Positions 36,094 to 49,745 of a stretch of DNA of 64,000 nucleotides are shown here, one piece after another (the first letter of the stretch is position 1; every line of letters begins with the position of its first letter). This DNA is from Pristiophorus japonicus. Taxonomy: Eukaryota. The stretch is taken from NCBI RefSeq assembly GCF_044704955.1, contig NC_091988.1, positions 148,738,001 through 148,802,000 on the forward strand. The letters run 5' to 3'. The translations under genes and the position numbers were made by a program. The notes beneath the pieces are model-generated. The model saw only the letters and a list, made by a program, of their open reading frames with translations. It ran no database searches and was not told where the DNA came from.

Positions 36094-37189
36094 CCTACTA
36101 AGCTATTAAGAGGATGGCCAAGACATATGGTACAGCGCAAGTCAATGCCTTCAGGGGAGGAGGAGAGAAAAATGGAAAAATACAAATTGAGGAATTGTCT
36201 AGCTAGCAGGAATATTACTCTTCTGGAGATTACCTTAACTTTTAAAATTCTTTAGAGAGAGTAACGAATAGGCTGGGGTGATTACAGGGAAATAATTTGA
36301 GGGAAATGTTCAGATATTGTTCTTGTTTTCACAAGAGTAATCATGTGTTCTTTTTCTTCAAAATAAAATAGTTTGGAGATTATGAAGTGCTGTCCCATTT
36401 AATTGTCCTGCTATTCCTCTGACTACAATCCCCCCCTCCCCCGTATCTGCTGATATAGTGAGGCAGTTCAGTAGAATTAAATATTTTAAGATGCAATTAC
36501 TACAATATTACCGGAAAGTAATTTCCAACTGGCTGCAGATTAAGCATCACACAGAATTCCACTGATCACATTGGGACGATTAGGTTTCTCAGGTCCGTGG
36601 TCACTCAGAGCCATTAACCAGTATAGGTACTAGTGCATGGCAGGAAGTCACACAAATGATGGTGCTGTTTCTCAATATAGCAGCATGTGTGACTGTCTGT
36701 TAGCTCCCTCCAAATGCCATCATACATGGCTCAGAGCCAGGCTGTCCATGCAGCAACACATGATTTACCCATCATTAGATGAGTCTCAAGAAGCCCCTCC
36801 TGTTACAGCAGCTAGGCACCTCACGCATTCTTGCCACCATGGGTAAACATTTGATTAGGATTAAGAGCTTGTAGATTCAAACAAGAATGTATTCAACCAG
36901 CAGCTCTGCCATACAAACCAGGAAGGTCCCAGGTTTGATTCCCCTGACTGTGTTGGGCTAGTTGATCACAAACTGCAATTGACTTCAGCTTCCCTAGACT
37001 AGGGAGGGGAAAATCAGGCAGGGATTCAATTGTGATCCTTATCTGACAATACCTGCTGGATGTGTGCATTTGTGGCAGCAGTTATGGTAGCACTAAGGTT
37101 GTCGTGTGTACAAATAGTTTTTGGCAAGATTCTGTAGCTGATACCACATGTATGTTGGGAAACGGCAAAATGTAGTCAGAACCATTAAT

Positions 37190-38400
37190 GAACTGGCAAG
37201 ATGTGATAGCCAAGAGAATGTATCCCATATCAGACTGGCTTGACGGTTTCCACTTCTTTTTCAGGCTGCAGCTCCTGTTGCTGTTGGCCTTGCTCCTGAT
37301 GGGGGCCTTGTTTCTCTGGCACTCCCAGGAGGAGACCTTCTTGTATGTCAAAGTTGTGTATCACGCAAAGCATCACCATGATCCTGGAGACCTTTGTCAC
37401 ACTGTACTGCACAATGCCCTAGATCGATGTAGGTACCTGAAGCAGGCCATTGACATAACCTACAGTGTGTTTTGTGATGATTCTGGTGAACACATTATAG
37501 TGCGGTTCAGCTGATGGTCCTGGGAATGTGTACCAGTGTCATCAGCCATGGCTGTAGAGGATATCTTCAAGGAGCCTGCTGAAACTTGCCTTTCTTAGTT
37601 AAAGGCTGAATTCCATAAAATAAAAGGCAGCTTTCAGAGAAGTGAGCATTCATTTCCATGGTTGCAAATTAAACCATGTTCATATACACCAAAAAAATTA
37701 TATTCATTCCTGTTGACATATGTCTGGTGATTGATGAAGGCTGCTCGTTTGGTCATGTGGGTGCAATCTATAATTGCTTAGACCTTGGAGTATCCTAACA
37801 CTGTCAAATTACAGTGCCCTATCATGTTGGCACCAGTTGTCTGTGGGGAAACTGATGAAATTGCTAGCTCCAGAAAACAATGCAACCGTGTTTTGCTTGA
37901 TGCAGCTGTGCCCAGCTGTTTAGCTTCTGTTGCAGATGTTCCCTTACATTACCCTGTCCCAAGAAGTTAAGGGTGGTTAAAACCTTAACACCCACTGGCA
38001 AAAAGGTGCATATGGTGGAGGTGGGCTGCAAGTCTGCTTGCAAGAAATGGCATAATTTTGAGACTATTTCCTTTGTTAAGTGAAGCTTCCACGGATATTG
38101 TTCCTCAGTCAAATGCAGGTATTAGGACCGTTGCCTGTATCATCATCATAGGCAGTCCCTTGTATCGAGGATGACTTGCTTCCACACCAAAAAAGAATGA
38201 GCTCACGGGTGTTTCAATGAAGGACCTGATATTCCAGGTCCCGAACTACATCCTGAAGGAATCCTATGTGTGAGGGTATCGGCAGTGGGTGCTGTGCACC
38301 TACAGTGCATCCGCACCAGATGGCCCGTCCTCTATTGCTCCTCCTTTTTTTCAAGATGCAAAGAAAGAGTGAATCTGCAATTAATTGGAAATCCATTATA
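37190..38400 (-). pseudogene. PIF/Harbinger (HARBI1-like, DDE_Tnp_4) transposase fossil
   Basis: YRQRS*YLHLTEEQ..LHLTKEIVSKLCHFLQADLQP..LPVGVKVLTTLNFL; AIIDCTHM (first catalytic Asp, about 37754-37771); YPLQPWLMT; QYSVTKVSRIMVMLCVIHN. Disrupted by stops, frameshifts and an RTE-derived insert. Confidence 0.8.
38141..38260 (-). mobile_element. Truncated copy of the bipartite RTE-derived short element
   Basis: Closely matches 48365-48460; (GAT)n tail; interrupts the transposase fossil. Confidence 0.75.
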
Positions 38401-41400
38401 ACCCATTTGAAAAGTGAGAGTGGCAAATGGTGTCTCCTCACATGGTAAAGTAGATGGCAATAGTGATAAACAAAACATAACTTAGTAATCATTGCCTTTT
38501 AATAGCAACAGTAATGAAATAAGTTTGTCCCTTTAAATTTATTTTGAACTATGGGGCAGCAATTAGCAACAGTGGGCATCAGTTCCATACTGGAGTGATT
38601 AATATTCAGCATAAATGAGGCAGAAATGACAAAAGAGGGGACATTTTAAGGTAAAAATTTGTAAAGTGAGCGAGCAGGGGTCAATCCCTGTGCCTGAATG
38701 GATAGGCCTGAGACAAGCCCAATATTGGACCTGTGGCCTCATCATCGGGCCAGTGAGCTGTGACGCCTAATGGGCTTCCTCAGGCAGCTCATTGGAGAAG
38801 AGGCCTTGTAGATGGGCTCACTGTGCTACACACAGCAGCCCTCACACAAGACTTTAAGGGCAAATCAGTATTGCAGAGGGGGCTTCAAAGGAGCATTATG
38901 CCCCGTATTTGCATATGCAAAGGTCCTAATGCCTGTTTCAGGCACAGGCCCATGGCACGCATTGTTTTGCCTATACCAATATGGCGGGTGACACACATCA
39001 AGCTCGTAATGACCGTATACTTCTGCCGGCCATATTGGAGACTTAAGCGAACGAAAACCTGGTCCGGCGCTATCTAATTTCTAGGTCATTACTATCTCAT
39101 TTATATGCACCCATCCAAAAGTTGGAAATATAAGGCTTTTTTGTTGAGCAACTCCAATGGCTGAATTAGTTTATCCAATGAATAACTAGGAAATGTCAAC
39201 CAGAAAGTCCCAGGTTCAGTTTCTGGTCTGTGCTGTACTAATGGCAGCGGGGCTGATGCCTCAGTTCCCTGGGTTGGGGAAAAGTGGCAGAGTCCCAGCT
39301 TCTAATGACTATCCGGTGACCCTTGGAAAGTTTGAATGCATATACATTAGGCGAGTATGGATTCAACTGTAGCTGTGATGCTCCCCATGATAAAATAGTC
39401 TGCTTCCACTCAATATTATGACTCACACAAAAATTATGGTTACTAGCTAGGGCAAGATACAGGAGGGTGACAGACACCCTCTAAAGAAGCCAATATCTTC
39501 AGAGGAGTAGGGGAATGGAGCAGAGAATTTTTTTTTTTTCAAATCATATTTGCCTAAAATGTCAAGAAGGGGCAGCACAGTAGCATGGTGCCTGCCCAAA
39601 CTGGTCAGTGTCAGAGTGTAGGCTTGTGTTCTCAATTTAGCAGGTCACTACCCAAATGCCAGGCACTTCCTCACTGGGAGTGAGAAAAAAATAATTGGCA
39701 AAGGTTAATCGAGCTTGCCCTCCAAAACGTTTCCTAATGAGCAGCTTCAGAGCGTCACTGTGGAAATCAAGAATATGGTTGTCCGACCACACCCTAGGCC
39801 AGTGATGGGGTGTGTGGCAAAGCTATCAGAAAATAGGAAAGAAAAATATAAATACCTTTGTAACAATACTCTGAAAAACTGCTGCTGCATTGAAAGGGTG
39901 CGTTTTAAATGTGCCTTGGACATCCACATTCATCTAATTGTTTTAATAAAACAGCTGCAAATGGCCTCAATGATGAGTGTCACACAAATCACATCCTCAT
40001 ATAATAATCTTGAATGTGCTTGTTATCAGTTTTCCTTCTACAGAAAATGGCCATCTTCTACCATTAAATTATCATAAAAGATCAAACCCAGTCTCTCACC
40101 TTTGACCCAGTGGTGCCGAAGATTTAAAAAGGCACTGAACACTCAATGACCTTTTACAATCCAGTTCATGACCTTTGCACTCCTCAGTCCGCTTACACAA
40201 CTCCTTCCTGCCTTGTCATCCATCACTGAAATCAGAGTATTAAAGCTCTCTTGCTAAATGCAAGCTTGTGTCAAGCAGGAATGACACTATTATGATTTCA
40301 CTGTAATTTATCTGGAACACTGGGGAGATATCATATTCCTGACCTCTGACACTTCTAGATGGTTTAACATGAGAAAAACGCAGCTTCGGTATTCATCATC
40401 ACTTGTCTGTCCTAGAATGTGAACAACTAGCTCTTCTGATCTTGCTGAATTGACAAACTCTTTCCTGCATTGATTTATATCCAACTTTGAAGAGAAGGAT
40501 CCCTGCATAGTGAAACCCTGTATTTTCTTATTACTACTCATATTATATTTATATTGAATTAAAACAAAAACAAATATAGAATTTCACTTGCGTACCTGTT
40601 AAAGTTCAATGGCATATTCACCTCACTCATGAGGAATGACTCTTTCAACAATTTCTCTCTGCAGGCCTTTAGAATTGATTTAATTTACATAGAACAAAAG
40701 CATAAATAAAAATTATACATTTTTACACATGCCCATTTAGCTAAATGGCCTGGTCTTAAAGCAATCACACTGCATAAACAGTGCTACCATCAGCAAGTGC
40801 ATTCTGAATCCTGGTTTTGGAAGGTGAAGGGGCGAGAAGGAAAAAGACGACGACCTGGGATCATGAGCCACATACCTACATTGGGCTCAGAGTTGCATTC
40901 AGAAACAGGAGGGGCTCCTCTGATCGCTCAGTGAGTTCCTGCTGTAAATAGTTGAGCCACAGACCAGGGAAGTCTCAGGTTGGACCCCCGAGTCAAGCAT
41001 GAATCAATGGATAATAATCAGGAGCAGGAACCTTGGCAAAGATTTTTCCACTCCCCAGCCCACTCTTACTAACATCTTGGCCAAGATCAGTTCAGGGAGC
41101 AAACTCGCACCTTCCTGGTCTGTATGGCTCAACAGCTCAGCGCGCGATTCTTTTTGCAATAATTTGTGAACTGGTCATAGGAGAGAAATGGCATGAAAAT
41201 GACAGGTGATTGTGAAAGGTACAAAACGAACCCATTACTCTGACGGGTCACACTTCCCTTCATGCTCCATGATATTCAGTTTCCATTCTCAACACGCTAG
41301 CCCCACCCTTTAACCTTCCAGCCATGAATAATTTAATCACAGCATCACTGTAACCGTTAAAATCATCACAACAGTTTCATGATGCATGATCCTACTGTTA

Positions 41401-42699
41401 ATAGGCTGGACGCACACACACCACTCTTGCTCTCTGAGGAGCTCATTTCCATCAAAAGCTAGGGCATACTTGGCACCACAATCTTGGACCTTCAACTGAA
41501 TCAAAGGAGTAAAGCAAAACAATCAATACTACTTTAACCCTCTGAGCACTGAATTTCACTTAGAGCTTTCAAGAGAGAAAATACATGTAGAATTCTGATT
41601 GCGTAGCAACAATAAATCAGGCACTGCATATTTCAGGCACTAAAATGATACAAATCAGCACTTAATGCCACCAATAGTTATTTATCTGAATAGTGAATAT
41701 AGCTAATAGACTTTAATGGGGGTTAAAAGACAGAAAGGCAGACTGATGGGCCCCTGAAACTCTTTAGACACTGCTATTGTAAAGGTCACAGTGGATATTA
41801 TGGCCATCATTGATATGCAAATTAGTCCTTTTTTTAACCAAAACAGGAATTTTGATTATTTCGCCAGATGAGGAGGCCTGGGAGGCCCCAAAAGGTTGCT
41901 CTATTTGCCTCCGTTTAGCTAGTCCAATAAAAGATTTACTACATATTGGCAAGAAAACCAGCAATCCATGGAGCACACACAGCAATCAATGTGGCACCCT
42001 TTAAGATATCAAAATGGGCAGAACAATAGAAATCAACTCCTATATTGCAGAACTATTTATAATCAGATGAGGAAGGCTTCTGTCATTTCCCGATTTTAAA
42101 AAAGCAATTGTGCCTGAATAAATTAGTAGGTTAATGTGTTTTCTTTCTCTGTTCTATGATTTTTTTTTTGTTTATCCCTTTATATTATATTTTAGTTCCC
42201 ACCTCTACTGGACCTTGGGCCAGGAAGATGGTGACAGCTTGAACACCCAAACTGGTCCTCGAATAAATGCAGTCAATTTGTTGAAAAGCACAAGAACAAC
42301 ATTTTCAGTACATCACAATACTGCTTTTGCACCAGCAGCATTGTCAGCTTATGTCTCCCTCTACTGAGGCCTAACACAAATGACCCTGCATTGTGGAAAA
42401 TCAGAGGATCTGCCTAGTGTCCTGCCATCTGACTTTGCCTCACTTTGAACAAGGAACACCTTAACATGTTTGTGTGCTATTGGCTATAAAATGTGTTTGT
42501 GTGAAATTACTCTGGTATTTTAACAAAGGCACATTTTAACCCATATAAAACAAACAGGTTGTTTGCTTCTTTAAACTATTTAGCAAAACTGGCCATGACT
42601 AACAGTAAAATAATTATATATTTTTAAAATTGCACAAATAACTAAAGGAGGCTGGAGAGTGCACCTCAGAGCGAGACTATGCTTGCTTCTCCTTCCACT

Positions 42700-43220
42700 G
42701 CTACTAACAACTTGTATTTATATAAAACCTTTAACATTTAAAACAAAAGTCCCATGGTACTTCACAAATGGAAACAGAGAAACAGATGCTGAGCCAAAGA
42801 GGAAGACATCAGAAGGGGTGAGTGAAAGGCTAGTTGACAAGATGGGTTTTGAGAAAGCGTTTTTTAAAAAAAAAGAGCGTTTGATGGGGAGGTGAAGGAT
42901 TTTAAGGAAGGCATTCCACCGACTGGGACTAAGGTTTAACCAGCATTGTAGCAAAAGGGAATGGGGGGTGGGGGTGGGGGTGGGGTGAAGATCAAAAATG
43001 GCCAAAATCAGAGGGCTTTGAAGACAAATCCATTTACATTTAACACATTGGGGTAAGAGGAACCAGTGTAGGCTAGCTGGAGCTAGTTTGGAAGAGGCTA
43101 TGAGTGGCTGCATTTTGGGCAAATTGATGTTTGTGGAGGATGAAGGATGAGAGACCAGAAAGAAGAGCACTGAAGTAAACGAGTCTAGAGGTGACAAAAG
43201 CAGGGATAAGCCTTCCTGTG
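42700..43220 (-). mobile_element. Old L2 LINE 3' fragment
   Basis: LIPAFVTSRL motif (ORF 43073..43306) and L2-like 3' UTR (ttgtatttatataaaacctttaac). Confidence 0.6.
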
Positions 43221-44029
43221 CCAGAGGGAGCAGAGACATCAACCTGAAACTCAGAGAGCTTTGCTTCTCCACCACCAGCTGATTTACATATTAGAAAAAT
43301 GTCCACTAAAACAGGATTCCTTTTCTAGCCCTACCTCCCACCAGACGGGGGAGAACGTACAGCGTGTCAAGGGACATGAACGCCTATTCATTCAAAATAA
43401 GAAACAATGGAACAAAGAGCTTTTTTTTTTAAAATGAAAATCATGTAAATCAGAATCAATCCATCTGCACTTCCTGCTGCAAGTTGTGAGCCTCACCATT
43501 CTACACAACATGGAGTAGGTTTCAAATACCCATAGCTGCCACATGGCCTTATAAATGCCTAAAGCAAATCTAGTGACTCGATTTTAATTGCAGGAATCAA
43601 AGTATGAAGACCTTTGGCTTACATTTTTTTAAACAATAGTTCCATGAAATGTCTTATTCTCACAGCTAGATTTAATGATAGGAGTTACAATGTAGAACAC
43701 AGATTGCATTGACAGCTCGGTGAGTTTATCCAATGAGTCTGAGTCATAGAAGCCAGAAAGGTCCGAGGACTGATCTCCAGTCTCTGCTGTGCGAAGATAC
43801 TTTTATATTGCACAAGATCTTTTCAAGTGGGGGACTCACACAGCCAGCTGGATGCAAAATGTAAAATTGCCAAAAGTTGGAGAGACCAGCTGGTGGGAAC
43901 ACTCATTTTATCGAGTCTCAGTAACACCAGCACAACATAAAAGCACCTTCATCTCAGCTGGAAATAAGGAAGTGGCTGTACAACTGCCAATTGGCCGCAG
44001 TGTCCCCGCTTGGGACGGCGAACGTCAAC

Positions 44030-44630
44030 ATACAAGAACACAAGAACATAAGAATTAGGAACAGGAGTAGGCCATTTAGCCCCTCGAGCCTGCTCCGCCA
44101 TTCAACAAGATCATGGCTGATCTGGCCGTGGACTCCGCTCCACTTACCCGCCCGCTCCCCGTAACCCTTAATTCCATTATTGGTTAAAAATATCTGTGAC
44201 TTGAATACATTCAATGAGCTAGCCTCAACTGCTTCCTTGGGCAAAGAATTCCACAGATTCACAACCCTCTGGGAGAAGAAATTCCTTCTCAACTCAGTTT
44301 TAAATTGGCTCCCCTGTATTTTGAGGCGGTGTCCCCTAGTTCTAGTCTCCCCGACCAGTGGAAACAACCTCTCTGCCTCTATCTTGTCTATCCCTTTCAT
44401 TATTTTAAATGTTTCTATAAGATCACCCCTCATCCTTTTGAACTCCAACGAGTAAAGACCCAGTCTACTCAATCTATCATCATAAGGTAACCCCCTAATC
44501 TCCGGGATCAGCCTAGTGAATAGTCTCTGTACCCCCTCCAAAGCCAGTATATCCTTCCTTAAGTAAGGTGACCAAAACTGCACGCAGTACTCCAGGTGCA
44601 GCCTCACCAATACCCTGTACAGTTGCAGCA
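44030..44630 (-). mobile_element. CR1 3' end
   Basis: ORF 43954..44640 LLQLYRVLVRLHLEYCVQFWSPYLRKD...WNSLP; (ttcttatg/ttcttgtg)n tail. Confidence 0.9.
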
Positions 44631-46067
44631 GGGTTCTCATTTATCGTCATTATCCAACAACCAGTGCTGGCAATGCAAAATTGTACATATCAGGCGAGGA
44701 CATGATTCCAACAAACTTTACTGGCCTCTGCCTTCAAATAGCCTGCCGTTTCCACTGTCGAGGTTCACAGCCATTGGGGGGGGGGGGGAGGGGGTGGGGT
44801 GGGGAGTGGTGAAGGGTAGGAGTGCTCCCCCCAGCTCCACAGCAGTACAGTGGGCTGCTGCTGACCTTCAATCATTTCCCCCCGCTTTCTTCCTCCCCTC
44901 CCACTGCCGGCAAAGCAAAGCAAAGGGCACGCAGCCTCTGGAAGATGTCGGCAACTTGCTATGACTATTAGTGACGTCGGAGGCCCAATTTCTGTCGAGT
45001 CCCTGGCAGCCTAGTTTGGGCGCATAGGATGCGTGCCATAGGTTATGCACCTAAAAACAGGCCACAGCAAATTCTGTCTGTGGTGTTAATTTTTCAAATT
45101 AATTTTTATGCGTCTCAGTTACTTCAAAACTTTTTTTCTGAAACATACTTATTAAAAACCAGGTCACCGTTAGACACTTAAACCACACAGCCCTTTGCTG
45201 TCGATCACTTCTCTCTTTTATAGTATCAGTGATATTTGCAATGAGCTGAGTTTTTGCCCTGTTGACTGTAAATAGTCATTAAATAGGATCTGTATAGTTT
45301 GCGCTTTGTGACTGCAGGAGAAGCCACAAAGGCTGATCTATTCTCATCATTAAAACATTTCAAACCAGTTGATTGAGCAAAATGAATCGCATATAAGTTA
45401 AAAACAGAAAGTGTAATAAATTTTGGAGGCTTTTAGTTGAACATGACATAGAGTGCACTTGATTAGCAACTGGATAGAAGTGTCTACAAGCACAGTAACA
45501 GGCAGAGATGTTCTTGAACTGAATCAGAATTTACCTCCAGCTCTGGAGAAAATAGTTTTTACTTAAAATGTGTATATGCGCAGTTTACATTCTAATATTT
45601 AAACCTCAACACAAATTTATACTTTGGTTTAAACAAAATGTGCCTGTAGTTACACCAATCTACCAGAGCTCAAAATAATCATTTCACAAAGTAATCTTAA
45701 TGGCTAGCTGGGTATGAATCAGGAGTTCACCTCACAATCTGGAAGATTTGCCTGAAACTGGACCAGCCCAGCTTCAGCATTTGCTGTGTGCTCATCAGAT
45801 ATCTGTTCGGGGGAAGGAAGTAAACTTTGCATTTCTACACCAGCATTGGATCATGCAGTACCCTATTCAGGTATACTTCCTACTACACTGTCCCAATAAT
45901 ATGCCATATTCCCAACTTCCTACAGCACCAATATTTTCTCATTTATCACAACAGTCATTCTTGCAGCATCTCAAAGTGAAACCTATAACAGTACAAATTT
46001 GGAAGAGGAAAAAGCGGCATCAGCTTGGGCTACTCTCACACAGCCAGCTTCAGAATGTCAGTGTCCT

Positions 46068-46640
46068 AGAATCATAGCAAGTTACAGCTCATCGTGTCCA
46101 TGCTGGCCGATAAAGAGCTATCCAGACTAATCCACTTTTCAACTCTTGGTCCGTAACCCTGCAGGTTACGACACTTCAAGTGCATATCCAAGCACTTTTT
46201 AAATGCTATGAGGGTTTCTGCCTTTACCACTCTTTCAGGCAATGAGTTCCAGGCCCCTACCACCCTCTGGGTGGAAACATTTCTCCTCAAAACCCCTCTA
46301 AACCTCCTACCAATTATTTTAAATCTATGCTCCCCTGCTTATTGACCCCTCTGCTAAGGGAAATAGGTCCTTCCTATGCACTCTATTCAGACCCCTCCTA
46401 ATTTTATACACCTCAAGTAGATCTCCCCTCAGCCTCTGCTCCAAAGAAAACAAACTCAGCCTATCCAATCTTCCCTCATAGCTAAAATTCTCCAATCCAG
46501 GCAACATCCTCGTAAATCTCCCCTGTATCCTCTCTAGTGTAATCACATCCTTTCTGTTATGTGGTGACCAGAACTGTACTCGGTACTCTAGCTGTGGCCT
46601 AACTAGTGTTTGATATAGTTCAAGCATAACCTCCTGACTA
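46068..46640 (-). mobile_element. CR1 3' end (same subfamily as 33720-36093)
   Basis: LVRPQLEYRVQFWSPH..., AETLIAFKKCLDMHLKCRNLQGYGP. Confidence 0.88.
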
Positions 46641-46966
46641 AAAAGAAAGGAGTGTCCTTAAGTGAGTCCCAGAGATAGAGAAGGGGTACAAAAAGAATAA
46701 ATCCTTATTGTCCCTGTCTGTAGAATTCTGGACTTCCACTTAGCAACAAAAATTCATGCCAAATACAAGTTGCATGAGTTCCAGAACTAACAAGCTCAGT
46801 ATCTGAAAGCTGCAGAGGATTTTATTAAACAAACTTAAGAAAACAGAAACAAAAATTGAATAATGAAAGGTAATCGCAGACACCAGTTCATAAGAATTTT
46901 GTTTCATGCTGAAGGACAATTGCTGGAGAAGAAAGTTACACTATTGGATAGATGAGAGCAACTAAC

Positions 46967-47182
46967 CTCGTCTGGACTGGCTGCTTGGTAAATCCGACAT
47001 GCATCTTCGTAGTTTTGTTCAGCTTCAGCTCTGTCGGTTGAGTCAGGCCCGTGAGACTCGTACACAGGTGTAACGTTATGGCACAGTGCGATCGCTTTCA
47101 CTGCTTCATGAACACGGACGCCGACAGTTTTGCGTATTTTTGGAGCTGCCGAGGGGGGTTTATCTTGTGAAGCAGGTGGTGG
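46967..47182 (-). CDS. ATP9A: ATP9A coding exon (window exon 3, 216 nt, phase 0-0), N-domain
   Basis: TTCCTAG|CCA ... GAC GAG|GTTAGT; [72 protein letters not shown] (ALCHNV and YQAASPDE motifs). Confidence 0.93.
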
Positions 47183-47658
47183 CTAGGAAACAAGAGAATC
47201 CCAGATTATTTTAGCATAATGGTTTATATACATCTTCATTGAGAGGAGGCAGAGAACTATGCAAACAAAGGGAAGAGATTTGCAATTTGAAGCGAGCAAA
47301 AGCATCGGTTATCTTCAAAGCAAGTTAGGCTGTCCTGAATGATGCAATTTGTTCCCAGGTACAGTAACAGTTATACTGGGCAAAAACATGTTATATGCTA
47401 GGTACTTTTACAGTTGCCACTGCTGTAGTTTGCATTGTGGGTGACTCGGTCTGTACGCTGAATTCCTGTATTTACATAACGCAAAACTGGTCCTTTATCT
47501 CAATAGTTGAATTGTAACCCCATAAAATGACATTGGTCTCGTGATCCAAACTACAGAAACACCAAATATAAAACTGCTTTCTAGATAACATAAAACAAAC
47601 TAAACTCCTGACAGGCAGGGGATTCATTTAATGGGCAGTGGGAAGGTAGTTTCAGCTT

Positions 47659-48290
47659 ACATAGAAACATAGAAAATAGGTGCAGGAGTAGGCCATTCGA
47701 CCCTTCTAGCCTGCACCGCCATTCAATGAGTTCATGGCTGAACATGCAACTTCAGTACCCCATTCCTGCTTTCTTGCCATACCCCTTGATTCCCCCTAGT
47801 AGTAAGGACTACATCTAACTCCTTTTTGAATATATTTGGTGAATTGGCCTCAACAACTTTCTGTGGTAGAGAATTCCACAGGTTCACCACTCTCTGGGTG
47901 AAGAAGTTTCTCCTCATCTCGGTCCTAAATGGCTTACCTCTTATCCTGAGACTATGACCCCTGGTTCTGGACTTCCCCAACATTGTGAACACTCTTCCTG
48001 CATCTAACCTGTCTAAACCCATCAGAATTTTAAATGTTTCTATAAGGTCCCCTCTCATTCTTCTGAACTCCAGTGAATACAAGCCCAGTTGATTTAGTCT
48101 TTCTTGATAGGTCAGTCCCGCCATCCCGGGAATCAATCTGGTGAACCTTCGCTGCACTCCCTCAATAACAAGAATGTCCTTCCTCAGGTTAGGAGACCAA
48201 AACTGTACACAATACTCCAGGTGTGGCCTCACCAAGGCCCTGTACTCAAATCCCCTCGCTATGAAGGCCAACATGCCATTTGCTTAATAA
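47659..48290 (-). mobile_element. CR1 3' end (same subfamily as 22051-22580)
   Basis: ORF 47732..48274 is nearly identical in protein sequence to ORF 22051..22485. Confidence 0.9.
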
Positions 48291-48356
48291 CATAATATAA
48301 TGAAAACACATATGTTGGGGGAAGTTTAGTGGGGACAAATGGACTTTTTAAAAACA

Positions 48357-48617
48357 GTAGTATTATTAGGCAGTCCCTCGTATCGAGGATGACCCACTTC
48401 CACACCAAAAAGGGATGAGTTCACAGGTGTTTCAATGAGGGACCGGATATTCCAGGACTCGAAGGGTGGAAGATGCCTGTGCGTGGATTTTTTTTTTTTA
48501 AACATGGGGTGGCCGTTGCATACCAGCCACCACACGGGCTTGACAGAGCTAGGTTGTGGTCCAGTGGCAAGGGTTAACCAAGACGACTGGAGACCAAGCT
48601 CTGCTACACGGACCTAG
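48357..48617 (-). mobile_element. Bipartite non-autonomous RTE derivative (5' leader joined to 3' terminus)
   Basis: Minus strand matches the RTE 5' leader (28053-28245), then jumps to the RTE 3' end gtggaag...tcatcctcgatacgagggactgccta plus a tail. Confidence 0.8.
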
Positions 48618-48869
48618 TGCACACACATAACTCCTGTGTGACTTGTGGCCATCCTCTAAAATATGCCACTCTGCTCTGCTAGATGCCTCAGAGTACGAGC
48701 TAGCAGAACACAATGTTCAGATTCAACATAGCACTTCACAGCACCCATTGTCAGTCACAACCACAGTGATGATCGCTAGTTAGAATATACTCCATGATTT
48801 TTGTCAGGGAGTACTCAATGAAGCACAGAGCTCAAATTAGAGGAATTGGAGAAGTGCATTTTCTGCCTG

Positions 48870-49260
48870 GTGAGCAAGTTTGAGAGCTCCTTAGGCAAAA
48901 ATGGTTAGCTAGCTGGCTTCAACATGAAAAGCAGAGAGTTGGAGTAAAGGGTAGCTATTCACAGTGGCAGAAGGTGGGTAGTGGTGTTCCACAAGGATCA
49001 ATGCTCGGACCACCGCTGTTCACAATTGACATTCATGATTTAGACTTTGGAATCAAATACATAATTTCTAAATTTGCAGATCACACCAAATTGGCGGGGG
49101 GGGGGGGGGGGGGGGTGGGTGGCGATAGTTAATACTGAGCAAGACTGCAAGAAATTACAGGAGGACATTAATAAGCTTGCAGAATGGGCATATAATTGGC
49201 AAATGAAGTTCAACACAGATAATTGTGAGGTATTATATTTTGGTAGGAATATTACTTGGA
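48870..49260 (+). mobile_element. CR1 RT internal fragment
   Basis: [11 protein letters not shown]...[10 protein letters not shown]...LQEDINKLAEWAYNWQMKFN. Confidence 0.8.
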
Positions 49261-49745
49261 GGGCGCAAGTCCAGGTGGGATAGAGGAACATGGCTTATGT
49301 GACTATAAACCTTTTGGCTGATTTTTCAAGTTTTTTTTTTAAACAAACAATATATCTGGTATATAGTCTGCAAACTTGTGACTGGGTCTTGCACATCTCG
49401 ACAATTCTAATATTGTTAGCCTTCTGCAAAATTCACAAGCATAGCCTATACACTGGCACAACCATAACCCACATTTTATGGTAACTACTCCTCTTTAGAA
49501 TAATACTGTATGGATTTCCAATTACAGGAAGAACATTAACGGAAATGAACTAGCATCTTGCAGTACTGTACTGAGCTACAAATTGCAACTCTTTTTGATG
49601 GTTGTTTGCTGTTAATGGAATGAGACAACTGTCCACCTCCCAGACTTGTATCTTCAGAAGGTTCAGAATTTAAATCCGATTAGACAGGGAAAGTACTAGT
49701 GACAAAAAAAAAAATCATTTAGTATGGCATGGATTAACACCACCA

